DNA of 64,000 nucleotides, from contig CAWHCF010000047.1 of the NCBI GenBank assembly GCA_963827655.1, positions 46,111 through 110,110 of the forward strand, read 5' to 3'. A model generated the notes under the pieces. That model was not told the origin of the DNA. It saw only the letters and a program-made list of their open reading frames with translations, and did not search any database. A program made the translations under genes and the position numbers. Positions within the stretch are counted from its first letter, which is position 1. Each line of letters opens with the position of its first letter. The stretch is from an uncultured Acidobacteriota bacterium (GTDB lineage Bacteria > Acidobacteriota > UBA6911). Below are positions 62,252 to 64,000 of this stretch, piece after piece.

Positions 62252-62601
62252 GTTGGCGCAGGAGACCGCGGCTGACGAAGACGCGTCGGTGAGGGCAATC
62301 GAAATCAGGTCGGGATGGCGTTGACACGCTGAAGCCCAGAAAGAACCGCCGATCGTGTCGCAACAGCCAGCGTCGGATTCGCGGAAGGTGGAGCGCGGAG
62401 AAGAATCCCGGCTGTGATCCCAATCGAGAGATCCAAGCGCCACTCGACTAGAGGGTCGCGGAGCACTTCCGGCGCAGCCGTTAACAAGAAAAAACGGCGA
62501 AGACCCAAATGATACATTGGGATTGTCAGGCTTCAGACGCTTGGCTAAAATACATTTTCTGCGAATCGTTCGGCTTTCTTTCGACGCTATCTGGAGTTCC
62601 G

Positions 62602-62802
62602 ATGTTTTATTGTGTTTGCACGGAATGCGGTCGCAGCCAGGCTTATGACGGACCCGAGGACAATCGTTGTCCGGCGTGCTGGGGCCAGACCATCATTTAT
62701 TGTCCGAATTGCAGCACTTATCTAAAAGACAAACCATCGAAGGCCTGCCCGTATTGCAGCAAGCCGTTTGTCAAGCCTGCCGCTGCAAAAGCCTCCCCCT
62801 AG
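62602..62802 (+). CDS. 66-aa double zinc-ribbon protein
   Basis: Four CxxC pairs (CTEC, CPAC, CPNC, CPYC); GGAG RBS. Confidence 0.7.
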   Translation: MFYCVCTECGRSQAYDGPEDNRCPACWGQTIIYCPNCSTYLKDKPSKACPYCSKPFVKPAAAKASP

Positions 62803-62877
62803 ACCGCCAAAACGCAAAGACACCAAGAACGCATTCATTTCACGTCCTGGCGTCTTCGTGGTTGGTTTGGTCGGTGG

Positions 62878-63918
62878 CTACTTGGCCGGTTTGCGCGCGT
62901 TGTAGCCCTTCTTGGTGCGAGCGATCAGTCCGGGTTTCTTGAGCTTGACCTCCACCTTGCGGAACTTTCCGTCAGACTTGGTATTCTTGGAGTAATAGCC
63001 GATGCTGTACTGGCTGGCCAGTTCGCGCGCAATCTGGTCGAAAGCCGGCCCGATATCGTCGATCGCCAGCGCATCCAGAACAGTGCCGCCACTGTTTTCC
63101 GCCAGTTTTGCCATATAATCGCGGCCGACTGCAGCTTCGTGGTACCGTCCGGAGCCATAAATCGGTGGATTAACGACGGTCGGGCCTCCCGGCACGGGAT
63201 AGCCGCCCACCGTCGGTCCCGGACCCTGAAGCACGCCGCCGCGGCGGGCGTCCCGGCTGGTGTCGTAATAGACGCCGTAGATCGTCGCGCGAGTTTCTCT
63301 CGCCTGTTCCAGGGTCTCCTTCATCGAAACCTTGCGGCTCGCGGTGTCGACGCCATCGCTGAAAAGCACGAGCGCCTTTCGCTCCTGGACCGGTTTTAGC
63401 ACTTCTTCCAGAGACAGCCAGACCGCTTCATAAATTACTGTGCTCCCTCCCGGGCGCGTCTCTTTCACTCCGCGGGCATTGCGGTCGCGGTCTATGCTGA
63501 AGTCTTCATGGAGACTGACGTCGTTTGCGAACGAGAGAACGGCGACAGAATCGTCGGGGTGCAGAAGCTTCACGAAGCGAATTGCCTCGTTCTGAATACG
63601 CGCCAGTCTCTGTTCGGTGCTCCCGCTGGTATCCAGGAGCAGGGCGACTGAAATCGGTTCGTCGGTCGGGGAAAATCCGGCAATCTCCTGAGGAACTCCG
63701 TCCTCGAAAACTTCGAAATCCTCCTGGACCAGATCCGTTACGCGCTTGCCTTCCCGGGTCGTTACCACCACCGGAAGAGAAACCATTTCGACGTTGACGC
63801 GAATTCTCGTTTCCTGATCAGGTTCTTTCTTCTTTTGCGCCTTGCCCGGCGAAACGAGCGACAGACCACCCAGGAGCAAAGTCACAGCAAAAGGGATGAA
63901 CCGACGAGTCCAAGCCAT
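62878..63918 (-). CDS. Acidobacterial-type VWA domain protein
   Basis: IRVNVEMVSLPVVV, DFEVFEDGVPQEI, MIDAS DTSGS, SDGVD, QYSIGY, FRKVEV. Confidence 0.92.
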   Translation of the reverse strand: MAWTRRFIPFAVTLLLGGLSLVSPGKAQKKKEPDQETRIRVNVEMVSLPVVVTTREGKRVTDLVQEDFEVFEDGVPQEIAGFSPTDEPISVALLLDTSGSTEQRLARIQNEAIRFVKLLHPDDSVAVLSFANDVSLHEDFSIDRDRNARGVKETRPGGSTVIYEAVWLSLEEVLKPVQERKALVLFSDGVDTASRKVSMKETLEQARETRATIYGVYYDTSRDARRGGVLQGPGPTVGGYPVPGGPTVVNPPIYGSGRYHEAAVGRDYMAKLAENSGGTVLDALAIDDIGPAFDQIARELASQYSIGYYSKNTKSDGKFRKVEVKLKKPGLIARTKKGYNARKPAK

Positions 63919-64000
63919 ACTTTCCTGACCTTCAATGTTCTTCATGATACCCCAGCCGGGGAACGTCTGCCATCGATAGATCGAGCGCCCGCCCGAATAC

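Overview
GC-rich bacterial chromosomal segment. Gene content (acidobacterial-type VWA protein, DUF2911, IPT/TIG protein, PDZ-sensor kinase, M14 peptidase) points to Acidobacteriota; this is inference, not a database result. Main contents: imuA-imuB-dnaE2 mutagenesis cassette, a 2913-aa cyclic beta-1,2-glucan synthase, an ECF sigma/anti-sigma/DUF4097 unit divergent from a MacA/MacB-like pair, oppD/oppF, eno, a sigma54 two-component system, an SplB-like radical SAM protein, sugar ABC genes and assorted hydrolases. At least seven otherwise intact genes carry isolated frameshifts, most likely long-read consensus errors. No rRNA, tRNA, CRISPR array, transposase or phage gene was seen. The most unusual signals are non-coding: (1) a ~140-nt structured RNA candidate at 46645-46785(-) with its own sigma70 promoter and a 3' U-tract; (2) 7-mer and 8-mer tandem/inverted micro-repeats that supply stop codons, fuse two genes in frame and border gene remnants (udgX, vapC); (3) two families of non-autonomous elements (a TIR-bounded MITE and a REPIN-like doublet); (4) an 11-bp-period direct repeat at imuA that is a candidate variant SOS box.
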